Source of the DNA: an uncultured Gammaproteobacteria bacterium
GTDB lineage: Bacteria; Pseudomonadota; Gammaproteobacteria; JABCZS01
Direction of reading: 5' to 3'
Length of the DNA: 64,000 nucleotides
Assembly (NCBI GenBank): GCA_963848305.1
Contig: CAWKDC010000001.1
Location: forward strand, 1,280,001-1,344,000
Shown in pieces: positions 31,287-41,809 of the stretch (the stretch's first letter is position 1; the number at the start of each line of letters is the position of its first letter). The translations under genes were made by a program, and so were the position numbers. The notes under the pieces are model-generated. The model did not search any database and was not told where the DNA came from. It worked only from the letters and a program-made list of their open reading frames with translations.

Positions 31287-32638
31287 GTGTTATCTTCCAA
31301 CGAGAGCCAGTGATTGACACGCTCCACATCTGCCAACGTTAAATTGCCCGCAGCTTGCTTTAGTTGTAAAAGATTGATGATATAAGCGTAACGTGCTGTG
31401 GCAAAATTGCGTTGTTGATTGTACAAATTTGAAATGCTGTTCAATACATCCAACGATGTTTTCGCACCTACTTCATAAGAAGCTTGATTTGCATCGAGCG
31501 CTGTTTGTGCAGACACCACTGCTTGATGCAATGCATTCACTTGGCTGATCGCAGTTAATACGCCGCGATAAGCAATGCGTGTGTCGCTGATTGTTTCGCG
31601 ACGCGCTTCTTCAAATGCATAGCGCGCATCTTCATACGTGTATTGCGCACGATTCACACTGGCTTGAATGCCGCCGCCCGCATATAAATTCATTTGTGCT
31701 TGAAATAATAATTCCCAGCCAATATCGGAAAGGCCTTCAGGACTGGTGACAAGTCCTCCACGTGATGCACCATAGGCGCCTTGCACATTCAATGTGGGAT
31801 AATGTTGTGCGCGTTGTACTTCCACGTTGGCGCGTTGCGCCTCCATGTCAAAGCGTGTGGCGGCCAGCAATGAATTATTTTCTTGCGCATAATTTTGCCA
31901 CGTGTCAATGTCGGCAGGCTGGGGAGATTCGAGTGGAATCGTTGCCTGAAGCGGCGTGACCTCTTCAATCGTGCTGCCTGTGATCACGCGCAATTGTTCT
32001 TTTGCATTTTCCAAATTATTCAATGCTTGAATTTCAAGCGCAATGGTATTATCGTAGCGGGCACGAAAATCATTGAGATCCGTGATGGCTATCAACCCCA
32101 CGTTGAATTTTTCTTGTACTTGATTCAATTCCGTTTCCAACGCCTTTTTTTCCGCTTGCGCAAAAGTGACATTATCGGTGGCATCTAACACAGCAAAATA
32201 AGCTTCTGCCACGCGTAGGATGAGTGTTTGTTCAGCATAAGTGTAAGTAGCATCCGCTTTGTCGACGATGCGGTTGGCTTGACTCATGCCAAACCAGCTA
32301 CCGACATCCAGCAAAGGTTGGGTGGCATTGATCACATAACCGTGGTCTCGCACGATTTGATCGGCATTGGGGAATGTCCCAAAATCTTGCGCCATCGTGA
32401 CGGCGGGATTGTTACTGCTGGATTGCCCCACGATATTAATAGAGGGTAATAAATTTGCCAATGCCGCGGGTGCTGCTTCGCGATTCGCATTGCGTTGGGC
32501 GAGCGAGCGTTTGAGCAATGCGTCTTGGTCGAGCGCTTGGATATAGGTGGCGAGCAAATCTTGTGTGTGCCCTATTTGTGTGAATGCCACGAGCAAGAGG
32601 GCTGCACTGAGTCGGTGGCGTCTTGGATGCTTGTCCAT
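31283..32638 (-). CDS. tolC: TolC-family outer membrane channel
   Basis: Signal peptide; two OEP repeats (VGLIAITD; YEVGAKTSLDVL). Confidence 0.88.
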   Translation of the reverse strand: MDKHPRRHRLSAALLLVAFTQIGHTQDLLATYIQALDQDALLKRSLAQRNANREAAPAALANLLPSINIVGQSSSNNPAVTMAQDFGTFPNADQIVRDHGYVINATQPLLDVGSWFGMSQANRIVDKADATYTYAEQTLILRVAEAYFAVLDATDNVTFAQAEKKALETELNQVQEKFNVGLIAITDLNDFRARYDNTIALEIQALNNLENAKEQLRVITGSTIEEVTPLQATIPLESPQPADIDTWQNYAQENNSLLAATRFDMEAQRANVEVQRAQHYPTLNVQGAYGASRGGLVTSPEGLSDIGWELLFQAQMNLYAGGGIQASVNRAQYTYEDARYAFEEARRETISDTRIAYRGVLTAISQVNALHQAVVSAQTALDANQASYEVGAKTSLDVLNSISNLYNQQRNFATARYAYIINLLQLKQAAGNLTLADVERVNHWLSLEDNT

Positions 32639-32732
32639 AAGGTTTCCCGGTGTTAAAAATGACAGGCCATTATACCATTTCTCTGGCTTTCGCTGTATTT
32701 TTTCAGCCAGTCAGGGTATCATTGGGCGGCGT

Positions 32733-32809
32733 GTGCCCGTAGCTCAGTTGGATAGAGTGTTGGTTTCCGAAACCAAAGGTCGGAGGTTCGACTCCTCTCG
32801 GGCGCACCA
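32733..32809 (+). tRNA. tRNA-Arg (anticodon CCG)
   Basis: Cloverleaf: GTGCCCG/CGGGCGC acceptor stem, AGCTCAGTTGGATAGAG D arm, TTGGT-TTCCGAA-ACCAA anticodon arm, GGTTCGACTCC T arm, encoded CCA. Confidence 0.97.
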
Positions 32810-32859
32810 TTCCCATATAGGCGGATTTGACGTATAATGCCGGGCAAACGGAGGCGAGC

Positions 32860-33273
32860 ATGTTTGTAGATTGGCTAAAAGTGGCTTTTATTGGCGGGTT
32901 CTTATTTATCCTAACGGTCTGTGCATCGCATGCTGCAGCGCCCTTAACCCGGGAAGCATTGATAGAATTGAATACGGCGCCTGTCGGCGTTGTGGACGTT
33001 GGTGGTCCTGTTGCTGCGGTTGCGGCCGTGGCCCGTACTGGTCAACAAGTCTATGAAGCGGCTTGCTCAACTTGCCATGCGCAAGGTTTGGCAGGTGCGC
33101 CTTCCATTAAGGTCAAGGCTGCTTGGGTACCTCGTATCGCTGAAGGTGAAGATACCCTGGTCAAGCATGCCATTGGCGGCTATAAGTCTATGCCAGCCAA
33201 AGGCGGTTGTTCTAGCTGTAGCGACGATGAAGTCAAGAGCGCAGTGGAATATATTTTATCTCAAGTTAAGTAG
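32860..33273 (+). CDS. Cytochrome c5 family protein
   Basis: CSTCH heme motif, GLAGAP, MPAKGGCSSCSDDE; RBS GGAGG. Confidence 0.9.
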   Translation: MFVDWLKVAFIGGFLFILTVCASHAAAPLTREALIELNTAPVGVVDVGGPVAAVAAVARTGQQVYEAACSTCHAQGLAGAPSIKVKAAWVPRIAEGEDTLVKHAIGGYKSMPAKGGCSSCSDDEVKSAVEYILSQVK

Positions 33274-33329
33274 ATGTAACCGTTCGGGGGCGCATACTTG
33301 TGCCTGTCTGCGCAGCTACAAGTAGACTA

Positions 33330-35322
33330 TTATTCATTGCCCAATAAAGCACGCAATGCGAGCAGGTGATCTTGGGCGCCTTCAACATTACGGCTGTTGT
33401 TGCCTGCTTTACCAGGCCAGTCGAGCAAAGACGCATCCATTTCATCTAAAAAGCGGCTTGGTTCAATACATTGGTTTTCTCCCTGACGCCGACGTTCTTT
33501 GCAGAATGACAGCGTCAAACGGGATTTTGCGCGTGTGATACCCACATAAGCGAGACGTCGTTCTTCATCGAGCGAATCTTCTTCCAAAGCGGTGCGATGC
33601 GGTAATAGATTTTCTTCGACACCGACCAAATAGACACTTGGAAATTCAAGGCCTTTCGCGGCATGCAATGTCATGAGTTGTACGCGATCTTCTGCATTGT
33701 CTTTGTCTTGACGTTCCAGCAAATCATAGAGTGATAGTTTTGCGACCAGCTCGTCAAATGAAGGTGCGGGTTCATCTTCTAGCATGCGCCCAATCCAGTT
33801 CACCAATTCCCAGACGTTTTCCATGCGCTGTTCAGCAGCTTTGGGCGTATTCTGCGTATCGTATAAATAAGTTTCATAATCGATCGCTGCGATCATGTCT
33901 TTGATCACACCCAACGTGTCGCCACGTGTGGCGTTGTCTGCGGTATAGATAAGCCAATTTGAAAAACGTTGCACCGCTTCAATCGAGCGTGCGGGTAAAT
34001 GTTCGCTCAGTCCCATTTCATGGCTCACATGTAATAAACTTTTTTGGCGCATTTTGGCATATTGCGCCAATTTCTCAAGTGTTTGGGGACCGATTTCACG
34101 TTTAGGGGTATTGACGACACGCAAATAAGCGCAGTCATCGAGAGGATTGACCATGAGTTTTAAATAAGCCATGATGTCTTTGATTTCAGAGCGCGCAAAA
34201 AAAGATTGGCCACCTGATATTTTGTAAGGGATTTGATATTCACGGAGCATTTTTTCAAAAGGGCGTGATTGGTGATTCCCGCGATACAAAATAGCATAAC
34301 TGTCGTAGCGTTCGCCTTTTTGCAGTCGATGGCGGATCAAATCCATCACGACTTGTCGGGCTTCATCTTCTTCATCGCGCGTGGCGATCACGCGGATTTT
34401 GTCGCCTTGGCCAATGGCGCTCCATAATTTCTTTTCAAAGACATGCGGATTATTGGCGATGACTTGGTTGGCGGCCGTTAAAATGTTTTGTGTGGAACGA
34501 TAATTTTGTTCGAGCTTAATGATTTTCAAGTTGTGAAAATCTTCTGCTAATTTTTTTAAATTATCAGGGCGTGCGCCTCGCCAGGCATAAATCGATTGAT
34601 CATCATCGCCCACAACGGTTAAACGTCCTGAAGGGACCCACCAAGGCTTTTACAAGTTCGTATTGTGCGATGTTGGTGTCTTGATATTCATCAACCAATA
34701 AATAGCGAATACGGTTTTGCCAGGATGCCCGGACATCTGCATCTTGGCGCAGCAGCTCGACAGGGAGTTTAATCAGATCGTCGAAATCGACCCCGTTATA
34801 AGCCCTTAAATGGCGTTCATACGCCGCGTACAAGATGGCTGCGGAGGTTTCCGTCCCGTTTTGAGCGACATCAAGCGCGCCTGTAGGTGTGACGAGCCCA
34901 TTCTTCCACTGGCTGATCAGGTGATGTATATAACCCAAATCATCGATGCTGGTGCCGCGCACCGCCAATTCTTTCAGTAAGTTGAGTGCATCTTCTTGAT
35001 CAAAAATGCTGAAGCGAGGATTAAGGTGGAACAGTGCGGCATGTTCTCGGACAAAAGTGAGTCCCAGATGATGGAATGTAGAGACTTGTAAGCCACGGGG
35101 AGAGCCCTGCAGGACTTTGCCCAGCCGGGATTTCATTTCTTGGGCAGCTTTGTGTGTGAAGGTTACGGCGTATATCTGATTGGGTTTGAATCCCTTGTCG
35201 AGGAGATGGGCGATTTTATGGGTGATGACACGGGTCTTACCGCTTCCTGCGCCGGCCAGAACCAGCAGGGGCGCATCGATGCACACGATGGCTTCTTGTT
35301 GTTGGGGGTTGAGTTTCGACAT
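33330..35322 (-). CDS. rep: ATP-dependent DNA helicase Rep (frameshift near 34633)
   Basis: LAGAGSGKTRVIT, LVDEYQDTN, VGDDDQSIY, LEQNYRS, YRGNHQSR, TLHAAKGLEF, EERRLAYVGITRA. Confidence 0.92.
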
Positions 35323-35328
35323 GGGGGC

Positions 35329-35367
35329 ATTATATAGATTGAACTTCCCATTGTCCATGTGTATAAT
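35329..35367. promoter_or_regulatory. Overlapping divergent sigma70 promoters
   Basis: Plus strand TTGAAC-17-TATAAT; minus strand TGGACA-17-TATAAT. Confidence 0.75.
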
Positions 35368-35374
35368 GCCCCCC

Positions 35375-37270
35375 ATGATGTTATCCACTCAAAATCTTGG
35401 TTTGCGCTACGGTGCACAAAGCCTTTTCACTGATGCGACGTTGCTTTGCCACGCTGAAGAGCGTTATGGTATCACGGGCAAAAATGGCGCTGGTAAGTCC
35501 AGTGCCCTGCGCGTCATAGCCGGGGTTGAAACCCCGAGCGAAGGTGAAGTATTTCTCCCTCAAAATGCCCAGGTGGGCATGCTGAAGCAAGATCATTTCC
35601 AGTATGAAAACTGGCGTCTATTAGATGTCGTTATTGCGGGTAAAGCCGATTTATGGGAAGCATTTAAAGAAAAAGATGCCTTGCTCGCTCATGCTGATTT
35701 CACGGAAGCCGATGGGGTTCGTTTGGGCGAATTGGAAGAAGTGATCGGCATGAATCGCGGCTATGAAGCTGAAAGCTTTGCGCACAAATTATTATCCGGC
35801 TTGGGCTTGGCTGCTGAAAAACATGAAGGCCAAATGAGCGCATTATCCGGTGGTTTTAAATTGCGCGTGCTGCTCGCACAAGTCCTATTCCAAGAACCTG
35901 AGGTATTGTTGCTCGATGAGCCGACCAACCATTTGGACATCACCTCAATTCATTGGTTGGAAGAATATTTGAAAAATGAATTCAAAGGCATTTTATTATT
36001 TGTCTCGCATGACAAACATTTTTTGAATTCCGTGTCAACGCATATTCTCGACATTGATTATGGCACCATCACAGATTATTATGGCAACTACGATCAATTC
36101 ATGTTTTCAAAAATGCAAACGGGTTTGCAACAAGAGCATGAGCGTAAACATCAGGATGCAAAGGTTGCCCAATTGCAATCATTTGTGGATCGCTTTGGTT
36201 CTAAAGCAAGTAAGGCGAAACAAGCAAAGTCGAAGCAACGTCAAATTGAAAAAATCGAATTGACGGAAGTCAAAGTGTCGAATAGAACGGCGCCTTATTT
36301 TCATTTCAATCCACAACGTCCTTCTGGGAAAGTCGTGCTTGAGGTGGACAATGTGTTCAAGAGTTACGGCGAACATGCCGTGCTGCGTAAAGTCACCTTC
36401 CAATTGTTGCGCGGGGAAAAAGTCGCGATCATTGGTGCAAACGGTTTGGGTAAATCGACTTTGCTGAAAATCATCATGGGGTTGTTGCCGGCGGATTCAG
36501 GTGAATATCGCTGGGGTTATGAAACACATGTCGGCTATTTTGCGCAAGATCACCATGAACAACTGAACGAAGATACCACCTTGTTAGCATGGTTAACAGA
36601 ACGTTCGCCGCCGTTATTGCGTCCCCGTGTACGCAATTATTTGGGTCAAATGTTATTCAGCGGTGATGATGTCCACAAAAAGATTTCTCAATTGTCCGGT
36701 GGTGAAGCAGCCCGTTTATTGGCTGCGTACTGGATGATGCAAGAACCCAATGTCCTCATCATGGACGAACCCACCAACCATCTGGATTTGGAATCCGTGG
36801 AAGCCTTGGGCGAGAGTTTGGTAAAATTTGATGGTACCGTATTATTTGTGAGCCATGATCGCGATTTTGTGCGTCAAGTTGCCTCGCGCATCATTATTCT
36901 CACACCGAATGGGTTGCAAGATATCACCGCAGGTTACGATGAATACTTAGATGCGAGCGGTCAAGATTATTTAACACGCGATGTGAAAGCAGTCTCTGTT
37001 GGTAACGAACGTAAATCAAATTCTAAAAAATCTCAAAAATCTGGTTCTGGATCAGGCAAAGCTGCCGATAAAATTGAAAAGCAAATGGCTGAGATTGAGC
37101 AAAATATAGCACTTCTTGATGCACAAATGGCTGCACCGAACTTCTACGCTGATGCAACACCCCAAGAGGTGCGCGCATTGCAGGAAGAACGTGAGCGTTT
37201 GACCAAGTCACTCGATGAATGTTTGTCGCAGTGGGAACAATCGTTAAATCCTAAGGAGGACTCGAAATGA
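35375..37270 (+). CDS. ABC-F family ATP-binding protein (YbiT/YheS-like)
   Basis: Two ABC cassettes (GKNGAGKS/LSGG/DEPTNHLD and GANGLGKS/LSGGE/DEPTNHLD); no TM; coiled-coil tail. Confidence 0.92.
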   Translation: MMLSTQNLGLRYGAQSLFTDATLLCHAEERYGITGKNGAGKSSALRVIAGVETPSEGEVFLPQNAQVGMLKQDHFQYENWRLLDVVIAGKADLWEAFKEKDALLAHADFTEADGVRLGELEEVIGMNRGYEAESFAHKLLSGLGLAAEKHEGQMSALSGGFKLRVLLAQVLFQEPEVLLLDEPTNHLDITSIHWLEEYLKNEFKGILLFVSHDKHFLNSVSTHILDIDYGTITDYYGNYDQFMFSKMQTGLQQEHERKHQDAKVAQLQSFVDRFGSKASKAKQAKSKQRQIEKIELTEVKVSNRTAPYFHFNPQRPSGKVVLEVDNVFKSYGEHAVLRKVTFQLLRGEKVAIIGANGLGKSTLLKIIMGLLPADSGEYRWGYETHVGYFAQDHHEQLNEDTTLLAWLTERSPPLLRPRVRNYLGQMLFSGDDVHKKISQLSGGEAARLLAAYWMMQEPNVLIMDEPTNHLDLESVEALGESLVKFDGTVLFVSHDRDFVRQVASRIIILTPNGLQDITAGYDEYLDASGQDYLTRDVKAVSVGNERKSNSKKSQKSGSGSGKAADKIEKQMAEIEQNIALLDAQMAAPNFYADATPQEVRALQEERERLTKSLDECLSQWEQSLNPKEDSK

Positions 37271-37581
37271 CAACAATGATCGACAATGATGATGACATCG
37301 AACTGGACATGGAAGCAGCGGGCCCTTTGCTCGACGCTTTTGCGGAAATTGGTGACAATATCACCAAAGTGATCCAAGATGAAATTGCAAAAAATCCTTT
37401 GATTGCAAAAGATCAACGTACCGTTGCTTTTGCTTCTGTCTGCCAAATGTTAAGCATGAATGCCATGCTCGAATTGGCCGAAGAAGTTGAATGTGATCCT
37501 TTAGAAATCGTGGACACTTGGGCGAATGCATTCTACGAAGCTTTCGACGTCGAAGAAGATGACGAGGAAGAAGAAGCGTAG
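37267..37581 (+). CDS. Small acidic hypothetical protein
   Basis: 104-aa ORF; RBS AGGAGG; ATGA coupling to the ABC-F gene. Confidence 0.75.
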   Translation: MTTMIDNDDDIELDMEAAGPLLDAFAEIGDNITKVIQDEIAKNPLIAKDQRTVAFASVCQMLSMNAMLELAEEVECDPLEIVDTWANAFYEAFDVEEDDEEEEA

Positions 37582-37585
37582 AGGT

Positions 37586-38140
37586 ATGGCAAAAAATGAC
37601 AGGGATGACGATTCAGCCGTATTTCGGCAAGCCATGGCAGGCGTGAAACCATTGGGTAAGGGCTCCAAAGCGCCCGGTGATAATACCCCACGCGCGCGCA
37701 AAAAGAGCCCGCCACCTCCGCCCAAAAGTGTCGTGTTGAATGCAAGTGCACTCAAACGATTCGATGATCGCCGCAATGCGCCTTCTGTTGATGGCAGTAC
37801 GGCCATTGAATATTTTCACCACAGCCTTCCCTACCGTGATCGAACTCGCTTGAAAAAAGGGCAACTGGACATTGATGCCAGTATTGATTTGCACGGTATG
37901 ACATTGGAAACAGCGCGCGATGCTTTTTCCCTGTTTTTGCATGAGGCTCAACAGCAGCGGTATCGTTGTATTAAAATCATTCACGGCAAAGGCAGCACGG
38001 AAGCTCCCCCTGTCTTAAAAAATGCCGTGTATCAATGGCTCCCCCAATCCCCAGCGGTATTAGGCTATTGTTCTGCGCGTTCAAAAGATGGGGGAACAGG
38101 GGCAGTGTATGTGTTGTTGAGAACCCCAACTCCGGGGTAA
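37586..38140 (+). CDS. Smr/MutS-related domain endonuclease
   Basis: FRQAMAGVKPL, IDLHGMT, IIHGKG, DGGTGAVYVLL. Confidence 0.92.
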   Translation: MAKNDRDDDSAVFRQAMAGVKPLGKGSKAPGDNTPRARKKSPPPPPKSVVLNASALKRFDDRRNAPSVDGSTAIEYFHHSLPYRDRTRLKKGQLDIDASIDLHGMTLETARDAFSLFLHEAQQQRYRCIKIIHGKGSTEAPPVLKNAVYQWLPQSPAVLGYCSARSKDGGTGAVYVLLRTPTPG

Positions 38141-38405
38141 CGCTGGGGCAATCCGTATTAAACCGAATGGCAATAGGCCATGTTGTAGATATAATGGCAT
38201 ATGCGTGCCGAAGTTAAATGATTGAGTGCGTTTTTGATTGGGATGCTTTGAATATCTTGATTGACATTTTTATAGACGAATTTTTTCTAGGGCTCACTGC
38301 GCGCATCATGCTCCCAGTCCATTGATTGTCATTTTCGCTAGACATTTATAAATCAATAAACTAGACTATTCTATATCATTATTCTAGATATATAGAGGAG
38401 TTTCA

Positions 38406-39935
38406 ATGGCTATTCCTACCCATAAACAGCTCGCAAATGCATTGACACATGCCCATGAAGTGGCCAGACAGCATATCATTCAGTCTGCACATTTAACCGA
38501 GCAAGAGCGAAAAACTCTAATAACGCACGGATTTTTAAAGAAAATAATAAGAGGTTGGTATTTGTTGGATGCAGATCATGTGGCTCAAAGTACGGGCGAA
38601 TCCGTTTTATGGCAAGAATCTTATCGTGCCTTTTTGGGGCAGTACCTGGCAAGCTGTTTTGATGCAGATTATCACCTTTCTCCCGAAGATTCGCTAGACA
38701 TTCATACAGGCGTTCCGACTCAACCTACAAACCTATTGGTCTATGTGAAGGAGGATACTCGCCGTCATCAACCCTTCCCTGGCGGACTTGTACTGCAGAC
38801 GCTCCAAAGAACCGCGAAATATGCGTCTTGTCAACCTATCGAGATGAAAGGATTGTGGGTATTGCCGTTGCCAGATGCGTTGATGTTGGTAGGCCCACAG
38901 TGGTTTCGCAAAAATCCACTTGAAGCAGAGTTGGCTTTGTCGATGGTAGACGTGCAAGCACTCGCACGTTCCGCGTTAAGGATTGCGAATATGGAAGCGG
39001 CCAAAAGAATCATTGGTGCCTATCAATTCATGGGCGCGCTTGATCGTGCAGATTATCTAAAAAATATTCTGGAACAAGCCGGTTTTGAGCAGATCAGATC
39101 TGACATTAAGAATCCTTTTCAAGACGCAACACGATATTTTAATCACAATCATTTGCCCAAATCACCGTATGCTGGGCGAATTCATGCGCTTTGGCAAAGC
39201 ATGCGTGCGCAAATCATCGATATCTTTCCGGCGGTGCAACCTAGAAAATCCATTGATGACATTTTATTAAAAATGGATGATTTATACGTGCATGATGCAT
39301 ATCATTCCTTGTCTATTGAAGGATACCGTGTGACACCGGAACTGATCGCTAAAATAGGTGCGGGAGAATGGCTCCCGCTTGATCGGCAGGATAAGGAGCA
39401 GATCGATGCGCTGGCGGCGAAAGGTTATTCACAGGCTTTTAAAGAAGTCAAAAATACGGTGATTCATTTATATGAAAACAATCACAATACACTATTGCCG
39501 ATGATGATGTCACGCTGGTATTCAGCATTATTTGGACCTTGTGTGCAAGCGGGTATTGTTCGCGCAGAAGACATTGCTGGTTATCGAAATCGCCCTGTTT
39601 ACATTCGTGGTTCCAAACATGTCCCATTACCTTATGATGCAATGCGTGATGCGATGGAGGCTTTGTTTACTGAATTGGCACAAGAATCGTCTCCTGCTGT
39701 TTGTGCGGTCATGGGGCATTTTTTGCTCGGGTATATTCATCCCTATCCTGATGGTAATGGCCGTATGGCACGTTTTTTAATGAATACATTATTTTCTGTT
39801 TCAGGTTATCCGTGGACTATTGTGCGTGTCGAGGAGCGTCAAGCGTATATGGAATGTCTAGAAAAAGCGTCTTGCGGAGGCGATATCCGGCCATTTGCAC
39901 GATTTATTTTGCAGGCCATGAAACACCCTTTTTAA
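38406..39935 (+). CDS. Fic family protein with long N-terminal extension
   Basis: HPYPDGNGRMAR Fic motif; SLSIEG inhibitory-helix motif. Confidence 0.9.
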   Translation: MAIPTHKQLANALTHAHEVARQHIIQSAHLTEQERKTLITHGFLKKIIRGWYLLDADHVAQSTGESVLWQESYRAFLGQYLASCFDADYHLSPEDSLDIHTGVPTQPTNLLVYVKEDTRRHQPFPGGLVLQTLQRTAKYASCQPIEMKGLWVLPLPDALMLVGPQWFRKNPLEAELALSMVDVQALARSALRIANMEAAKRIIGAYQFMGALDRADYLKNILEQAGFEQIRSDIKNPFQDATRYFNHNHLPKSPYAGRIHALWQSMRAQIIDIFPAVQPRKSIDDILLKMDDLYVHDAYHSLSIEGYRVTPELIAKIGAGEWLPLDRQDKEQIDALAAKGYSQAFKEVKNTVIHLYENNHNTLLPMMMSRWYSALFGPCVQAGIVRAEDIAGYRNRPVYIRGSKHVPLPYDAMRDAMEALFTELAQESSPAVCAVMGHFLLGYIHPYPDGNGRMARFLMNTLFSVSGYPWTIVRVEERQAYMECLEKASCGGDIRPFARFILQAMKHPF

Positions 39936-40192
39936 CCTTTGGAGCGCTCGCGCCGCGCCTCTTTGGGATCTTTGGGGAGAGGGCGATAAATCTCGACACG
40001 ATCGCCGTCTTTCAAGACGGTATCAAGCGACACTTTTTTGCTAAAAATACCGACATGGTTTAAAGATAACGTGGGAAATTGATGGAGTAATCCACTGGCG
40101 GCAATGGCATCCATCACAGTCGCATCAGGCGATAATACAACATCGACCTGCGTTTGCTGTTCAGGCGTGGCGTAGACAACAGCAATCTTCAT
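39932..40192 (-). CDS. ratB: RnfH/RatB family protein
   Basis: VVYATP, VGIFSK, GDRVEIYRPL..DPKEARR. Confidence 0.92.
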   Translation of the reverse strand: MKIAVVYATPEQQTQVDVVLSPDATVMDAIAASGLLHQFPTLSLNHVGIFSKKVSLDTVLKDGDRVEIYRPLPKDPKEARRERSKG

Positions 40193-40633
40193 TGGCGTTG
40201 GGATCCATACAATTCTCGGGCGCGGTTCACAAAAGCATTCACAATGATGTCAATCGCGGGGTTCATGATCCGCTCGAGGGTTAACGACAATAAAAAGTTT
40301 TTAAATTCATATTGAATTTGTAGGACAATTTCACACCCGCCCGAGGGTAATGGATTGAATGACCAGCGGCCTAATAATGTTTTGAATGGCAGATTCTAAT
40401 AATTTCACGTTGATTTGTTTGGGGGCAATCATTTGGTTGCGCGTGACGAGGGTGTAATGCAAGCCGCGGTAACCGACTTGTAATGTGCCATCCACCAGAT
40501 TGTTGCCCAAATCTTTCATGTGGGAAGCCTGGCAATAGGGTAGAAACTCATGATAACTTGGAATATCCGCCACCAATTGATACATGGCTTCAGGGCTATA
40601 ATGCAAGGTAACGGTTTTAGCGAGTTTTTTCAT
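40189..40633 (-). CDS. ratA: RatA/PasT (START/CoQ10-like) protein, frameshifted near 40380-40395
   Basis: MYQLVADIPSYHEFLPYC; C-terminal VNAFVNRARELYG in a shifted frame; divergent from smpB. Confidence 0.85.
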
Positions 40634-40701
40634 GGTGAGTTCTCCGTGACTGGTTCTATCATAGCATAGCCAAATGTCCCCGAAACGCTTATAATTGTCG
40701 C

Positions 40702-41181
40702 ATGAAAACCAAAGGCACCAAAACCATCGCGCTCAATAAACGCGCTTCCCATGAATACCTCCTCGAAGAACGTTTCGAGGCGGGGCTGGTGCTCGAAGGC
40801 TGGGAAGTGAAGGCCATGCGCGAAGGCCATGCCCAAATCACCGATACATTCGTCGCTTTCAAAGGCGGCGAGCCCTATATCGTGAACATGCACGTCCCAG
40901 TCTCTCAGCATGTGGCTGCCCATGTATCTGCCCATTTGAAGCCTGAGCCTGACCGGTCTCGTAAGCTGCTGCTACACGCCAAAGAAATCAACAAGTTGGC
41001 CCGCGCCAAAGAGCGAGAAGGTTATAGTATTATCGGTACTGCCTTGTATTTTAAGGATAATCGGGTCAAGCTTGAAATCGCTCTGGGCAAGGGGAAGAAG
41101 CTGCATGATAAGCGCCAAAGCGATAAGGATCGTGATTGGAAACGCCAGCAGGGGCGGATTGTGAAGTCGACTGGGCGATGA
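40702..41181 (+). CDS. smpB: SsrA-binding protein
   Basis: NKRASHEY, EAGLVLEGWEVK, RKLLLH, GKGKKLHDKR. Confidence 0.97.
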   Translation: MKTKGTKTIALNKRASHEYLLEERFEAGLVLEGWEVKAMREGHAQITDTFVAFKGGEPYIVNMHVPVSQHVAAHVSAHLKPEPDRSRKLLLHAKEINKLARAKEREGYSIIGTALYFKDNRVKLEIALGKGKKLHDKRQSDKDRDWKRQQGRIVKSTGR

Positions 41182-41355
41182 TCATGCTGATGTTCACTTT
41201 TTGCAACAAGCAACGCAGTGAATGCATCGCCCGTTAGGCTGAATGTAGAAGTCATTACGGCGATAACAGCATGATATAGGGTGGTTGAATAACATACTTG
41301 ACAGCCACGTATGATAAGATGGTATGATGACCCTATACCTGAGGAGGCTGAAGCA

Positions 41356-41565
41356 ATGTCAAATGAGTTTCTAATGACAAGAAATGCCTATATCGCTCAA
41401 ACCGTAGCAGGGTTGGGTCTTCTTGCGTTTGGGGCGGTTCAGCTGGGACTAGACATGCGCAGCCACCCACGTGTAAATCCCCAGGCACCGTGGCACTTTT
41501 CACCCTTTTATACGGCGGTGCAGGACTGTTGGCCGCATCTGCCCTCATTCCTAATTCATGGATGA
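41356..41565 (+). CDS. Small hypothetical membrane protein
   Basis: Strong RBS GAGGAGG and an upstream TTGACA promoter; one TM segment; the 3' end may be frameshifted. Confidence 0.45.
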   Translation: MSNEFLMTRNAYIAQTVAGLGLLAFGAVQLGLDMRSHPRVNPQAPWHFSPFYTAVQDCWPHLPSFLIHG

Positions 41566-41809
41566 AAAAAGCATACAACGGTGCGAAAAAATTGTTTAAA
41601 ACATCTTAAAGGAATTAATGTATCAGCAATTGAAAGCTTTGAAGACTGATTCCGAGAGCGCAAAACCAAGGAGCCTGTAAACATCCCTACGCTCGATATC
41701 ATCAGTTGAGTGATATTGCGTGGGCTTTTCAAACTTTTGTAGCCTTCCTAATACCCGAGAACGTGGGCGTTCAGGGGGCAGGGTAAACGCTTAAGGCGCG
41801 AAAATTTTC

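Noticed and set aside
35180-35388. N-terminal extensions of the ABC-F and Rep ORFs
   Set aside because: They overlap each other; the promoter layout supports starts at 35375 and 35322
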